This document shows positions 39,728 through 50,050 of a stretch of 64,000 nt of DNA, piece after piece (positions within the stretch are counted from its first letter, which is position 1; every line of letters begins with the position of its first letter). The DNA comes from Candidatus Bathyarchaeia archaeon (GTDB lineage: Archaea; Thermoproteota; Bathyarchaeia; Bathyarchaeales; Bathycorpusculaceae). The notes under the pieces were generated by a model. That model was not told the DNA's origin. It saw nothing but the letters and a program-made list of their open reading frames with translations, and did not search any database. Made by a program: the position numbers and the translations under genes. The stretch is from NCBI GenBank assembly GCA_049516875.1, contig JBEKSS010000009.1, positions 62,833 through 126,832 of the forward strand. The letters are read 5' to 3'.

Positions 39728-40846
39728 ATGCACAAAGAGCTAACAACTCTTGACATCAAAATCTTACGCGCACTGTGGGAGATTGGTCCAAGAAACCTTT
39801 CAAGAGTCGCACGAACCGTAGGGGTCCACCGCAGAACGCTGGAGTCGCGAATAGAAAACATGAAGGCGGACCCCGTTTTTTTTCTGAGAATGCACGCATC
39901 GGTCTATCACACAAACATTGGTTTGAGAAAGGCTGTGGTTTTCCTAGAAGCAAATCCTGGAATGGAGCAGCTTCTTTTCGATTGCCTAGCCTTTAATGAA
40001 TTTTGGCTCTATGTTTGCCGATCTTACGGAATAGGTGAAGGCTGCACAGCAGTCTATGCAGTGCCGGCGGAGCATTGCCATGAACTTGAAGAGTTCATTT
40101 ATGAATTGAAACGCTTAGATGTGGCCAGGGACGTTCACATTTATTGGTCCACATGTTTTCAGGGTGGAAGGATAACGCTGAACTGGTTTGACAATAAGTC
40201 GGGTAGATGGGCGTTTACTTGGGATGAATGGGTAAAGGAAGTTCAAACACAGAAGACAGATCTGCCCTACACGTTAGTAGAGTCCAAATCCTATGTTAAC
40301 CGTGGAGATGAAATCGACATCAAGATGCTTGAAAACCTAGAATATGATGCAACCAGAAACTTAACTGAAATAGCGAGGGATCTCGGGATTAGTCGTCAAC
40401 TGGCACGCTTTCATTATAAAGAGCACCTCTTAGGAAGAAACCTAATCGAGGGTTATGAAGTGTTCGTCATGCGTTACGGCAGCTCTCCTTCGGTCATGGT
40501 CTACTTCGCGATAACTTTCCACAGCTACGAAACATTTGCCAAATTTGCCAGATCTCTTCTAGACAAGTTTTTCGTACTCACAATGGGAAAAAACCTTGGA
40601 GAAAACTGTCTCATAGTGGAGGTCTTTCTTCCACCTGAAGAGTTCAGAAGATTCATTGAAATCCTGTCAACCCTGACAAGAATGAAGCTCGTGAAAGGTT
40701 ACAATTATGCAATACAAGACTTGAGGATAAGATGCCGACAGACAATTTCACCTTCACTCTTCAAGGAAGACGCGTGGGTTTACGACCACAAGATCTTCAT
40801 AGAGGCGGTGCGGCAGAAGGTTTCAAATTCCTTTCAAGGAGAATAG
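39728..40846 (+). CDS. Tandem Lrp/AsnC-like winged-helix transcription regulator
   Basis: Two HTH modules (LDIKIL..L...GPRNLSRVAR; IDIKML..L..DA.RNLTEIARDLG). Confidence 0.8.
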   Translation: MHKELTTLDIKILRALWEIGPRNLSRVARTVGVHRRTLESRIENMKADPVFFLRMHASVYHTNIGLRKAVVFLEANPGMEQLLFDCLAFNEFWLYVCRSYGIGEGCTAVYAVPAEHCHELEEFIYELKRLDVARDVHIYWSTCFQGGRITLNWFDNKSGRWAFTWDEWVKEVQTQKTDLPYTLVESKSYVNRGDEIDIKMLENLEYDATRNLTEIARDLGISRQLARFHYKEHLLGRNLIEGYEVFVMRYGSSPSVMVYFAITFHSYETFAKFARSLLDKFFVLTMGKNLGENCLIVEVFLPPEEFRRFIEILSTLTRMKLVKGYNYAIQDLRIRCRQTISPSLFKEDAWVYDHKIFIEAVRQKVSNSFQGE

Positions 40847-41062
40847 CATGCGCTTTGCCTACCTTTTGTTTCACAAACCTTGGCGCGCGCACTAATACTT
40901 GGAATAACAAATTGAAGGAACGCCAGTCAGGCAAGTCTTCTCTGAACGCTCGATTTTCTTCAACCATCGCTAAACCATACCCCAATATTGAAAGTGCGTA
41001 CGGAGTTAGAACACAGTACTTGAATATTCTCTAGAGTGCTATCCTCCGAGTTTCCGTCTTTA

Positions 41063-41246
41063 GCGCGCATGCGTGTTCCTAAAATGGTCAAAAATGGCCA
41101 TAATTCCGTTTTTCACATTTCTGCCAGTGCTTAAGAAGACAGTTACTCAAAGAAATCAAGAACAGACACGAAGCCCAAAGCCGTCCCTAGATCATGAAGG
41201 GCGAATAAAAACCATTTTAGGCCAATTTCGGAACAAGCATGCGCGC
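41063..41246. mobile_element. MITE family A, copy 2
   Basis: TA-GCGCGCATGCGTGTTCCTAAAATGG...CCAATTTCGGAACAAGCATGCGCGC-TA. Confidence 0.85.
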
Positions 41247-41471
41247 TACTTGGACGTTATCGTCCGTGAGGTCGTTCTCCACTTTTTGTTTGAGGAGTCT
41301 TTCTCCCTCTTTGGTCATTCGCCATATTGAAGGGTTAGATTTCTCGAAATGTTGCTGGGCCATTAGTCTAAGCTCAGTGATTCGGTTGATATCGGAGAAG
41401 GCTGCTTCTCTAATGATGAAGCTGCTCATAGAGACCACGTATGACTGCACATGAACTAGGATTTTAGGCAT
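41247..41471 (-). pseudogene. GNAT acetyltransferase N-terminal fragment truncated at the MITE
   Basis: IIREAAFSDINRITEL...NVQVA, then the frame runs into the MITE. Confidence 0.6.
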
Positions 41472-41530
41472 TTGTTAGTGCGTTAATAAATCGCGCGCGG
41501 TTTGGAAAATGGGTCGCGCATGCTGTGAAA

Positions 41531-41830
41531 TCAAAGAGGGATTGGCATAGGCATGCCGTTTCTTGCTTCCTCAACTATCGGGAGCACTTGTTTCAGTTCT
41601 CTGAAGTACTTGAGCACGGTTATGCCTCTTGGAGTTATGGCGAATACTGTTCTGCTTTTTCCAACGGTCCTTTCCTCAATCAGGTTTTGCTTAGTCAGAA
41701 AGTCCAAGTATTCTTTCAGGACTTTGCAGTTGACGTTCGCTTTATACATTACATGCGTCAGTTTCAATGGTCCACGACGGGATAGCACTTGAAGAATGTC
41801 TACATACATCTCGAGTTTGGAACGTCTCAT
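41531..41830 (-). CDS. Archaeal winged-helix (HTH_45-like) regulator
   Basis: MRRSKLE..VDIL, LTHVMYKANVN, ITPRG. Confidence 0.85.
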   Translation of the reverse strand: MRRSKLEMYVDILQVLSRRGPLKLTHVMYKANVNCKVLKEYLDFLTKQNLIEERTVGKSRTVFAITPRGITVLKYFRELKQVLPIVEEARNGMPMPIPL

Positions 41831-42052
41831 AATTCTACCCTTCGCGTATGTGTCTTCCACAAGTTGGAACAAGGGGTATAAACCGTTTATGAATCAGAAA
41901 CTATGGTTCATAATCACATATTGCCGCGCCAACAGAAGTTTTCATCGCATCTTTGCAACATGTTTCTGTTCATACTGAACCCCTGGACAACCTGAACTTG
42001 GAATAGTTATTGCAAATATGTATTTCGAAACCGTATTTTGACAGCGCGCACT

Positions 42053-42220
42053 CGTCCTTGTCACACTCACACTCCGTGTGCGTGTGTGGTGTGTGTGGGT
42101 AGGTATAGGTAGGTAAGGGTAGGAGTTGGCAGTGGCAGTGACCGAGAGTTTGAGTGATTGGCAGAGTGAGTGACCGTGAAATTGGTTGGTTGGTGGTTGG
42201 TTGGGGCAAAGTTTTATCCC
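42053..42220 (-). repeat. Long family B element, inverted (core 42203-42220)
   Basis: Reverse complement aligns with 26430-26590. Confidence 0.8.
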
Positions 42221-42372
42221 ACACGCACAGAGATCTCAACAATCCCAAAAAGCTTCTGGAGGAATCCGACAAGAAACGTCGGCAATTCAGGAGCAGAGAA
42301 CCATCCAAGCATAGGCGCGCGCATTTTTTATAGACGTAAGTACAAAGTCTAACGCGTTGAGGAGGATGAATT

Positions 42373-42504
42373 GTGCCAAAAGGTAAGAAACAGAAAGCTA
42401 CAGATCATAAACAGCACATGAAATTGCAGAGAGAAAAGGAACTGAAAAGGAAAGAGAAACGAAACACTCAACTCCCTGCAGAATACACCAAAGGCAAAGA
42501 ATAG
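42373..42504 (+). CDS. 43-aa basic protein
   Basis: GGAGG RBS; MPKGKKQKATDHKQHMKLQREKELKRK...; its stop overlaps the MITE start. Confidence 0.45.
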   Translation: MPKGKKQKATDHKQHMKLQREKELKRKEKRNTQLPAEYTKGKE

Positions 42505-42684
42505 CGCGCATGCGTGTTCCTAAAATGGTCAAAAATGGCCATAATTCCGTTTTTCACATTTCTGCCAGTGCTTAAGACAGTTACTCAAAGAAATCAAGAA
42601 CAGATACGAAGCCCACAACCTTCCTTAAATCATGAAAGGCGAATAAAAACCATTTTAGGCCAATTTCGGAACAAGCATGCGCGC
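42504..42684. mobile_element. MITE family A, copy 3
   Basis: Near-identical to 41063-41246; TA on both flanks. Confidence 0.85.
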
Positions 42685-42976
42685 TAGTTTGGTTGACTGG
42701 AGCACGCGCTCTAATATACTTGTCATAGCTTGTCTGCAGTAACTAGGTGTCCTTTTCCCTTCGAACGTGCTCTCTCAGCGTGCAGCGCATCTCGTTCCAA
42801 ACGGAACGTGCGTTGCGCCTCCAATTGAGGTCCTCTTCTCCATCATACTCTTGCTTGAGAAGACGAACAAAGAATGCAATGAAATCAGCAACTACGTTTC
42901 CCCACACCAAGATTTCCACCCCAATGGACATCAGATTCTGTATTCTATCTTACATTATACCTTGTCCCAGAATTAT

Positions 42977-43137
42977 GGGTTTAGGGTTTGGGGGTAAAGT
43001 TTTATCCCAAAACCCATCTACTTCTTTCTATTTCTTATTCTCTCTTTCTTTCTCTTACTACCCACATATAAACAAGCAAAAACAAACAAAAACAAGCAAA
43101 AACAAACAAACAAAAAACACCTTTACAGACGCGCGCA
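42977..43137 (-). repeat. Family B element, inverted (core 42990-43008) with GA-rich and CAAA-repeat flank
   Basis: Inverted homolog of 23938-24054; ends at CGCGCGC. Confidence 0.75.
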
Positions 43138-43664
43138 GCAAGTAGAACTTATTAGGTTCTTCGAATGTCTCACTAGATAGGTGTTCAAGAAGTGCAGATG
43201 ATTGCGATTTTTTTTTCCTCTGTTTGTAATCTCGATATTGGCATTTCTGATAGCCACGGTGTTGCTGTGGCGAAGGGGAAAAACCATAGAAGCTCTCTTA
43301 GTCTGGAACTCTGTTTTTGTATTTCATTGCACTGATATTGCTTTTCAGATAAGTGCGTGCGCGCTAAGTTAAGTTACCTAATCTGGTCATAAAACCTTCT
43401 GAACGGCGTGCTTATTCTGTTTCTTCGTCCCAATCTTCATCATCGGATTCTGTTTCTTCATCCCAATTTTCAGCTTCTTCTATCATAGTTATTCACCACC
43501 TTCATTCTCAGCGAAGCACAAGCATAGTCAACTAGCATTAAACTTTGTGAATACGAAATATTCATCAAGAATGAAGATTTCAAGCCAGCTATCCCACGAC
43601 AGTTAACAAGAAGGCAAATCCCACAAGGAGTTAACAGTTACCATGCGCACGTGTCCCAGTGTTT

Positions 43665-44477
43665 CTATGCAACACGTTTCTTCCCAAGTGCGGGCTTCAT
43701 GGCGATGAAGAATAGACGCTGCACTTCCGTTGGTGGGACGTCTCCTTGTTGTCGCCCAAATCCAGGATATACTGCCTTGAAGCTCCAACCGGTTTTCTCG
43801 AAAATGTCAATCAGTTCGTGAAGGCTCCAGAGACGAGTGTCGGATGTGACTTGCTTTTCTAGGACGAAGTTTTTGTCATCTTTTTGAACTAAATAGGTCC
43901 AAGTGGTTCCTACGCGTGAAGTTTTTGCATCAAATGTCCTGTCTTCCAAGACTATCAGATTCTCGTAGCGAGAAAATCCGCGCGACTGAAAATTCCTAAC
44001 AATCCAATCTCTATTCGCGATCTCCAAGGCAAAAAATCCTTTAGACCGAACAAGACTGCAACACTGACGTAGAATGTCAGCATTAGTCTCGTCATCATAA
44101 TATCCAAAAGAAGTCTCGAGATTAATGATACCGTCGAATTTCTCTCTGGCAAGCACTGCACCGATTCTGCGCATGTCCGCTACTTTGAAACGCACTTTGT
44201 CAGCGACTTGATGGCTTTTGGCCCTTTTTTTGGCGAGTTGGATGTAGTAGGGCGACAGGTCCGTTCCTACGACGCTTATGCCTCTTTTTCCAAGCTCGAT
44301 TGAATGTCTACCGATGCCACAGTTTAGGTCCAAGATTCTTTGGGGCTTGAATCCTTCCTCACCAAGATATTTCAGAAAAAGGTCAACCTCGTCGCCTGCA
44401 ATCGAAACGCGTTCTTCTAGGGCTTTAACAAAGAGTTCAGGATGATTCACGAAAAGATCTTCTGTCCAATGAATCAT
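43665..44477 (-). CDS. Class I SAM-dependent methyltransferase
   Basis: ILDLNCGIGRH, GTDLS, ADMR, TSFGY. Confidence 0.9.
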   Translation of the reverse strand: MIHWTEDLFVNHPELFVKALEERVSIAGDEVDLFLKYLGEEGFKPQRILDLNCGIGRHSIELGKRGISVVGTDLSPYYIQLAKKRAKSHQVADKVRFKVADMRRIGAVLAREKFDGIINLETSFGYYDDETNADILRQCCSLVRSKGFFALEIANRDWIVRNFQSRGFSRYENLIVLEDRTFDAKTSRVGTTWTYLVQKDDKNFVLEKQVTSDTRLWSLHELIDIFEKTGWSFKAVYPGFGRQQGDVPPTEVQRLFFIAMKPALGKKRVA

Positions 44478-45360
44478 AAACTTCTTCCTCCAAACATTAG
44501 TAGAATACTTTACGTATTTCAAAATTGTCTCTCTCAATCTGATTTTTCTCGCGTGCAGGAAATTGCGTTAGGCGCGCGGGCAGCTGATTTTGATTCAAAC
44601 GTAAAAAATCCAAGAGCACATGTATGTTCGCTAGATACCGAAAGAAAACTTTGAATGTAAGTTTTATATCGTCTTGTATCACTCAATAAAGGTAAGGTGC
44701 GTCATGCGCAGTCCTTTCCCCGTTAATTTGCATACAACTTTTGTTTGCATGACGCATCTCAACAATTCCGAACGAGCCATACGCACTTTCTGAATTTTCC
44801 GTTTCGAGCCCATAACAGATTTTTCTTTTGATGCCTATGGATAGATTTGATAAATGGCAAGTCCGTTCGGAAAAACAGACAAAAAGTCACTTTTTTCTCG
44901 TATTCCTCTTTGAGTCATGGTTTGCTGGGTTTTTTCGGCGTGTAAATTGTCCAATATCCATTTTTTTCAAAGTCTTTCCTTTGTAACTTATGTTCCTTAC
45001 GAATGCTTTCTAAAAGACAAAAAGAGGCTTCATCGAGTCTGGTTCTCTTAATCTTTAATGCACAGCCTTCATACTTATTATCATCTGGATTTGGGATAGT
45101 TAATCGCTTGATTTCATTTCCATTCTTATCTTTAAGATGGCACTCAAGAAGTTTCTTCCTTACCTCATGTACTTCTTTAAATCCAACATAATCCCTAGTT
45201 TGTCTTCTGTTGTTGTGCCGATTTAAAGATTTAAAGAAATTTGGAACTAAGCGCGCTTAGCGCGCGCTTCTCTTGCTTGAGGGACGGCAAATTTGATCGC
45301 ACAAGTTCTAGTGCGTCAAGGCTAAAAGAAGGGTGCGCATCATAGGTCTTTGGGAAGGAT

Positions 45361-45735
45361 ATGGCTGGGACAATTTGGGTCTATGTGAAAGGGGAACAGA
45401 AGCCAACTGCTGAGAACGCTCTCGTCTATGCTAAGTCTGGGCATTCATGTTCTGGCACGAAATCTGCGCTCGTATACAAGAAGGAGCATGTCTTGCCAGA
45501 ATCCCACAGGCAGATGGTAAGTACCGCAAGAAAAGTGGCTGAAGAAAAAGGAATGAGGCTTCAGATCTGCGACGTATCCTCGAGAAGAGGCAGCCTGAGA
45601 GCGCGACTTGCACATGTTAGCAAAACACCGACAGTGATCGTTGGGAATAGAAGAATTGTCGAGAACATCACAGAAGAGAAATTGTCGTCGATTCTGGAGC
45701 GAACACGCTCTGCACAACCGATTGACACACACTAG
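45361..45735 (+). CDS. Hypothetical protein (possible thioredoxin-like fold)
   Basis: 124-aa ORF; KTPTVIVG motif. Confidence 0.55.
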   Translation: MAGTIWVYVKGEQKPTAENALVYAKSGHSCSGTKSALVYKKEHVLPESHRQMVSTARKVAEEKGMRLQICDVSSRRGSLRARLAHVSKTPTVIVGNRRIVENITEEKLSSILERTRSAQPIDTH

Positions 45736-45837
45736 CGTTCACTGAGTGCATTATCAGTCCTTTAAGGAACCGTCCGATGATGTCGAAACCATTCAGCTGA
45801 CTCTCCAATCTCTCCTTGTGAGTGTCGGTACGAAGTA

Positions 45838-46000
45838 GCGCGCAGGTGTGTTCCTAAATTCCCTTTTCAACTGTGATAGAGTTCTGTCGCGCCTTCCGAA
45901 CCGTGCCCCCCGTGCCCCAAGACATTTCGCCACCCATAGACGAAGCAAAGCCAGAAGCATAAGCTATCTCGCAAACGAATTTAGAAACAGGCATGCGCGC
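45838..46000. mobile_element. MITE family A, divergent copy 4
   Basis: TA-GCGCGCAGGTGTGTTCCTAAATTC...GAATTTAGAAACAGGCATGCGCGC; unrelated interior. Confidence 0.7.
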
Positions 46001-46025
46001 TTTTTTTGTTTGTGTGTTTGGGTTT

Positions 46026-46043
46026 GGGATAAAACTTTACCCC
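46026..46043 (+). repeat. Family B palindromic core
   Basis: TTTGGGTTTGGGATAAAACTTTACCCCAACCAAACCAAACC. Confidence 0.8.
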
Positions 46044-46115
46044 AACCAAACCAAACCTGCTCTCCGCAAGTGATAAGAATTCAGTGGAAGACATAATGAT
46101 GAAGGTGCACATTTC

Positions 46116-46622
46116 GTGACTGGAGAGCGCAATGACTATTCACATTATACTGGGATTTTGTCAAATCTGGTTGGTGGTTTGTATTTTGCTGCTGGTTTCA
46201 CTTTCACCGCCATAACCCTGCTACTCACTTTTCAGACCCAGACAAGCCTCTTCTTTCAGATCACGCTCTTTCTAATGAATATCCTAGTCGAACTGTCCTA
46301 CTTCTTGGCACAATGGTACACAGTGCATTCAACCCTTTATGCAGCCATTCCGCCCCTCACAGGATTTGCCATGATTGCAAATTACTTGACGTTTTTGGTT
46401 GCAAGTCTGGCGACGATGGTGCCAACGCTTCTTTTCTTTGTTTATGGGTTTGTCTATTTGGGATTAGCATCGGTGATTGCATGGATAGCGATGCGTCTGA
46501 GGGCTTATGCCTACATTGCTTTAGTGGAGAACAGTGCAACGATATCTGTGCCAACTGCTATCATCGGTTTTCATGCTGAGAACGCTCTGCGTTGTGCAAA
46601 TCTTCCTCTTTTCTTTCTTTGA
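46116..46622 (+). CDS. Membrane hypothetical protein (C-terminus uncertain, overlaps abiEii)
   Basis: Four hydrophobic helices; AGGTG RBS. Confidence 0.5.
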   Translation: MTGERNDYSHYTGILSNLVGGLYFAAGFTFTAITLLLTFQTQTSLFFQITLFLMNILVELSYFLAQWYTVHSTLYAAIPPLTGFAMIANYLTFLVASLATMVPTLLFFVYGFVYLGLASVIAWIAMRLRAYAYIALVENSATISVPTAIIGFHAENALRCANLPLFFL

Positions 46623-47556
46623 TTTGTTGAAGTGTCCACAGAACTGCAGGATATTCCGCTAGTTGTTCATGGAATAGTCCAGCGTTGTCAATAATGTTTG
46701 GTTTGAAGATTTTCTCATCGTAGAACTTGTCTATTGCTTCGATTTCACTTTTCTTGATGCTGGCCAGATGCACTTTAGTGAACTTCTGAACTTCTCTTGT
46801 TATTTTGGCAAAATCGTATTGTGAGAGTTTCTCTGTTTGCAGTAGGTTTCTCAGGCTGGAGTCTATTGGAATCTGCGCAGCCAGTTCGGGGTTGATTTCG
46901 TGCATTCTTGGTTTTTTATGGGTTAGACTTTCAACGATTGCACATTTGCGGAAGATGTTGTGGTCGAATTTCATTTTGGTTATTTGATACGTGTCGAAAA
47001 GGTCTCGAGGTGTTGTTCTATAGAGCAGAGTACACCATTTGTTTGCGAACAGTTCTTCTCTCATTGGAGTTCTCGTCTTGAATGTTTCATGTGTTCCTAT
47101 GTGTTTGAAATCTGCTGAGATGTCGGTTTTGAGAATTGGGGTTCGGCGGAGGTATCCTATTTCTATTTTGAAGTTGTCTTCAGAGCCATGAGCATTGACG
47201 TACCTGACAGTGAATCGTGTGAGCGGATAGCTTGCGTTTATGGCGATGTCCGTCTGGTCGTATTCTTGTCTGTAGATTAGATCTTTCAGCCGTTCGTCGA
47301 TTTCCTTTCGTATCTCTCCCCAGTCTGCATTGTTTGTATGTCGGTAGTTGAAGTCGAGGTCTATGGACAATCGCAGTACTTCTGGTGAGTAGATGAATGT
47401 GAGAGCTGTTCCGCCGTAAAGTGATAGGCGGTCTGAAAGGTATTTCACAGCCGAGATGTCCTCTAGCAGATCCGAGATTCGGCATGCCTTTTCTATTTCT
47501 TTGGGGCTGAACCCGTATTGCAGCGTCAACGCATCAAAATCGTATTTCTTCTTCAC
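46561..47556 (-). CDS. abiEii: AbiEii-family nucleotidyltransferase toxin (type IV TA)
   Basis: GGTAL...RLSIDLD, KIEI, K...L..R..PRDLFD. Confidence 0.88.
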   Translation of the reverse strand: MKKKYDFDALTLQYGFSPKEIEKACRISDLLEDISAVKYLSDRLSLYGGTALTFIYSPEVLRLSIDLDFNYRHTNNADWGEIRKEIDERLKDLIYRQEYDQTDIAINASYPLTRFTVRYVNAHGSEDNFKIEIGYLRRTPILKTDISADFKHIGTHETFKTRTPMREELFANKWCTLLYRTTPRDLFDTYQITKMKFDHNIFRKCAIVESLTHKKPRMHEINPELAAQIPIDSSLRNLLQTEKLSQYDFAKITREVQKFTKVHLASIKKSEIEAIDKFYDEKIFKPNIIDNAGLFHEQLAEYPAVLWTLQQIKERKEEDLHNAERSQHENR

Positions 47557-48372
47557 TCAGATGCCTCTCAGTTGTTCCTCGAAGGCTTCTGGAATGTACA
47601 GGTTCCATCTTCTGTTGAGGCTGCCTTTTTTTCCATGGACCAAGTATTGTGGTGGACCTCTGATTTCAATCTCGATTTTGCTCAGCGCAGTGTCGGTAAT
47701 GTGTTCATAGAACGGTGATCTCTCTCTCAAAAGGTCCACGATGAAGCCGATTCGCCTAGGAAGACTCCTCTTCTGTTGCTGAAGGGTTAGGCTAATCAGT
47801 TTTTCAACGTCGAGTCCGTGGAGATTTTCTAGACTTTTTATGCATTCTTCCCATCCTCCGGCATATTGAACTCTGTCGATGCATTCAATGAACGTCCTTT
47901 CTTTGCTACTCACTCTCAAAAGGCTGCTTCCATAGGGTTTCTCTACTACCTGTGATGTCGTGTCTTTGACGAATAATGGTCTGAAGATGAACCGTTTGTA
48001 ACCGAATGGATCGAACCTGTCTTTCGAGTTGACGCATACGTAGGCTTCGTTGAAAGCAGAGTAGGCGCAGCCGTAGTATTCCAAAGCGGTGTGGAAGCCC
48101 AAGTAGTATTCTTTTCTGATTTTGGAGGCGATTAGAAGTTTATCTGGTTCGTACTTTTCTGTTTTTTCAAGCGGAGATAGAACAGCATACAACCCCTTCC
48201 GGATTGCCAGGAGTTTGTGAGCTTCGATCAATCTTTTGACATATTTTCGATAGATGTATTTGCGGTTTGCAGGTCCTTCGATTACGCTTGATGATGCTTG
48301 TACAATTTCGTCAAAGCTTGCTATTTTCATGGGGAGAAGAGCTTTGTAGAGCGCTTCAGTTTTGTTCACCAT
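47557..48372 (-). CDS. abiEi: AbiEi-family antitoxin/transcriptional regulator
   Basis: N-terminal wHTH with IRKGLY, YLGFHTALEYYG, ERTFIECIDR; abuts the toxin. Confidence 0.85.
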   Translation of the reverse strand: MVNKTEALYKALLPMKIASFDEIVQASSSVIEGPANRKYIYRKYVKRLIEAHKLLAIRKGLYAVLSPLEKTEKYEPDKLLIASKIRKEYYLGFHTALEYYGCAYSAFNEAYVCVNSKDRFDPFGYKRFIFRPLFVKDTTSQVVEKPYGSSLLRVSSKERTFIECIDRVQYAGGWEECIKSLENLHGLDVEKLISLTLQQQKRSLPRRIGFIVDLLRERSPFYEHITDTALSKIEIEIRGPPQYLVHGKKGSLNRRWNLYIPEAFEEQLRGI

Positions 48373-48386
48373 AGCCTTTTCGCTTT

Positions 48387-48502
48387 TTTAACGTGGTTAC
48401 CCATTTTATGGCATACTGCATTAAAAATATTTAAAGCTTGCTAAGCCAGCAGCTACACAGAAATTTAACGTAGTTACCCATTAATGGGCATACAACATTA
48501 AA
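48387..48502. promoter_or_regulatory. Two 39-bp imperfect palindromic repeats upstream of abiEi (putative operators)
   Basis: TTTAACGTGGTTACCCATTTTATGGCATACTGCATTAAA (48387-48425) and TTTAACGTAGTTACCCATTAATGGGCATACAACATTAAA (48464-48502), with a TATTTAAA box between them. Confidence 0.7.
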
Positions 48503-48822
48503 TTCGTGAAAAGCAAGCGACTACGCACATCTTGGATAGTCAACTATCCAAATATCGCATATTTTGGACAACACTCTAACCGACAAGTCGCGGTTCTATG
48601 TCCCGAATTGCACGCTCCGACCATGTTCTTCGAATTTTCACGATTAACGTGATTTCAGGTTCATTACGTATAAGGAACAAACAATAGTTAACACGCTGAT
48701 AGTAGCGAACTTCTGCACCCTGCCACACTATTTGTTCAGAACATAACACGCCTACAAGGTCAAACCTAACGCGCGCTCAGGCGGCCGCTTCACGTTTCGC
48801 ATCCGGCACTCTCGGCAGCTTA

Positions 48823-49003
48823 GCGCGTATGCGTGTTCCTAAAATGGTCAAAAATGGCCATAATTCCGTTTTTCACATTTCTGCCAGTGCTTAAGACAGT
48901 TACTCAAAGAAATCAAGAACAGACACGAAGCCCAAAGCCGTCCCTAGATCATGAAGGGCGAATAAAAACCATTTTAGGCCAATTTCGGAACAAGCATGCG
49001 CGC
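48823..49003. mobile_element. MITE family A, copy 5
   Basis: Near-identical to 41063-41246; TA on both flanks. Confidence 0.85.
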
Positions 49004-49149
49004 TACACGCAACGAATGCTTTTGAACGTGTGCTCTGTATGTGGTCTGTGAAGCGGTACTAGATTCTGGAACATGATGTACTAAAGCTTAGGATAAAATC
49101 CAACGGATGCATTGTTTAACATAAGAGAAGATGAATTTGGGGTTTAAGA

Positions 49150-49905
49150 ATGAGTGAAAAGAAGTTTGATGTTAGTGGGAAGCTTCTGATTGTACTAGGC
49201 CTAGCCGTATTGTTATTCTCTTTGAGTGCCAAATCCGTCAGTGCTCAAGTTGGTGAGGTTGCGCTCAAGCCGACAGACGATGCCTATGTTGATTCTGGCA
49301 ACCCAAACTCAAGCTATGGCGAGCGGAACTATCTTCAAATCACGAATTACAATAGTGGAATCAACAGTGCCTACGCGAGCATAGTATGGCTGAAATTCAA
49401 TTTGTCTTCTGTTCCAGACGGGGCAGTGATTGATGGGGCAATACTTCAGCTGCGCACATCCAGCATTACTGGATCATTCAGTGTTAATGCTTATTCAGGC
49501 TCTGATTTCCTGAATGCGTCTGCTGTTGTTTCTTGGACAGAATTGACATTGACATATTCCAACATGCCTAGCTACAACACGACATCAATGGACTCAGTAT
49601 TAGTTGCAACCAATAATCAATGGTATAATTGGAGCGTAGTTGACGCCGTCAGAGACGCTTTGAATAGCACCGCCAGAACAGTAACAATGATCTTGCTTGA
49701 TCCCTCTCCTTCTGGCCTCGTCTCATCAATTTCGTTCAATTCTAAGGAATTTTCCATCTCAGATTATGCTCCTACACTAACTGTCCATTGGAGTGGGGTT
49801 GTGCCAGAGTTTCCATCATTTCTTATTCTGCCATTGTTCATGATAGCAACACTACTAGCGGTCATGGTTTACAAAAAGAAAGGCGTGAGAACAAGCCAAA
49901 GTTAG
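49150..49905 (+). CDS. Secreted DNRLRE/CBM96-like protein with VPEF-CTERM anchor
   Basis: Signal peptide, DDAYV....P...YG, LKFNLS, W.E..LTY.N.P, F.SKE, VPEF + TM + KKK. Confidence 0.8.
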   Translation: MSEKKFDVSGKLLIVLGLAVLLFSLSAKSVSAQVGEVALKPTDDAYVDSGNPNSSYGERNYLQITNYNSGINSAYASIVWLKFNLSSVPDGAVIDGAILQLRTSSITGSFSVNAYSGSDFLNASAVVSWTELTLTYSNMPSYNTTSMDSVLVATNNQWYNWSVVDAVRDALNSTARTVTMILLDPSPSGLVSSISFNSKEFSISDYAPTLTVHWSGVVPEFPSFLILPLFMIATLLAVMVYKKKGVRTSQS

Positions 49906-50002
49906 ACAGAACCTAGAGGAAACGCTCAGAAGACAAAAAAATCTTTAATCCGCACAGCAACAGAAAACAAGGCTAATTTTTTTCCGTATTTCGAGCGCGC
50001 GC

Positions 50003-50050
50003 CCTTCACTCACACACTCACGCCGTGGGTTTGGGGGTAAAGTTTTATCC
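50003..50050 (-). repeat. Internally deleted family B element, inverted (core 50033-50050)
   Basis: Terminal CCTTCAC..ACTCACGCCGTG joined directly to GGGGGTAAAGTTTTATCC. Confidence 0.7.

Noticed and set aside
41073-41330. ORFs MFLKWSKMAII... (also 48833..49051)
   Set aside because: These are translations of the MITE itself, and the frame is disrupted in the 42504 copy.
44696-45240. IS element at the TGCGTCATGC...GCATGACGCA inverted repeat and adjacent AT-rich DNA
   Set aside because: Only a 10-bp stem and short ORF fragments; no transposase motif.
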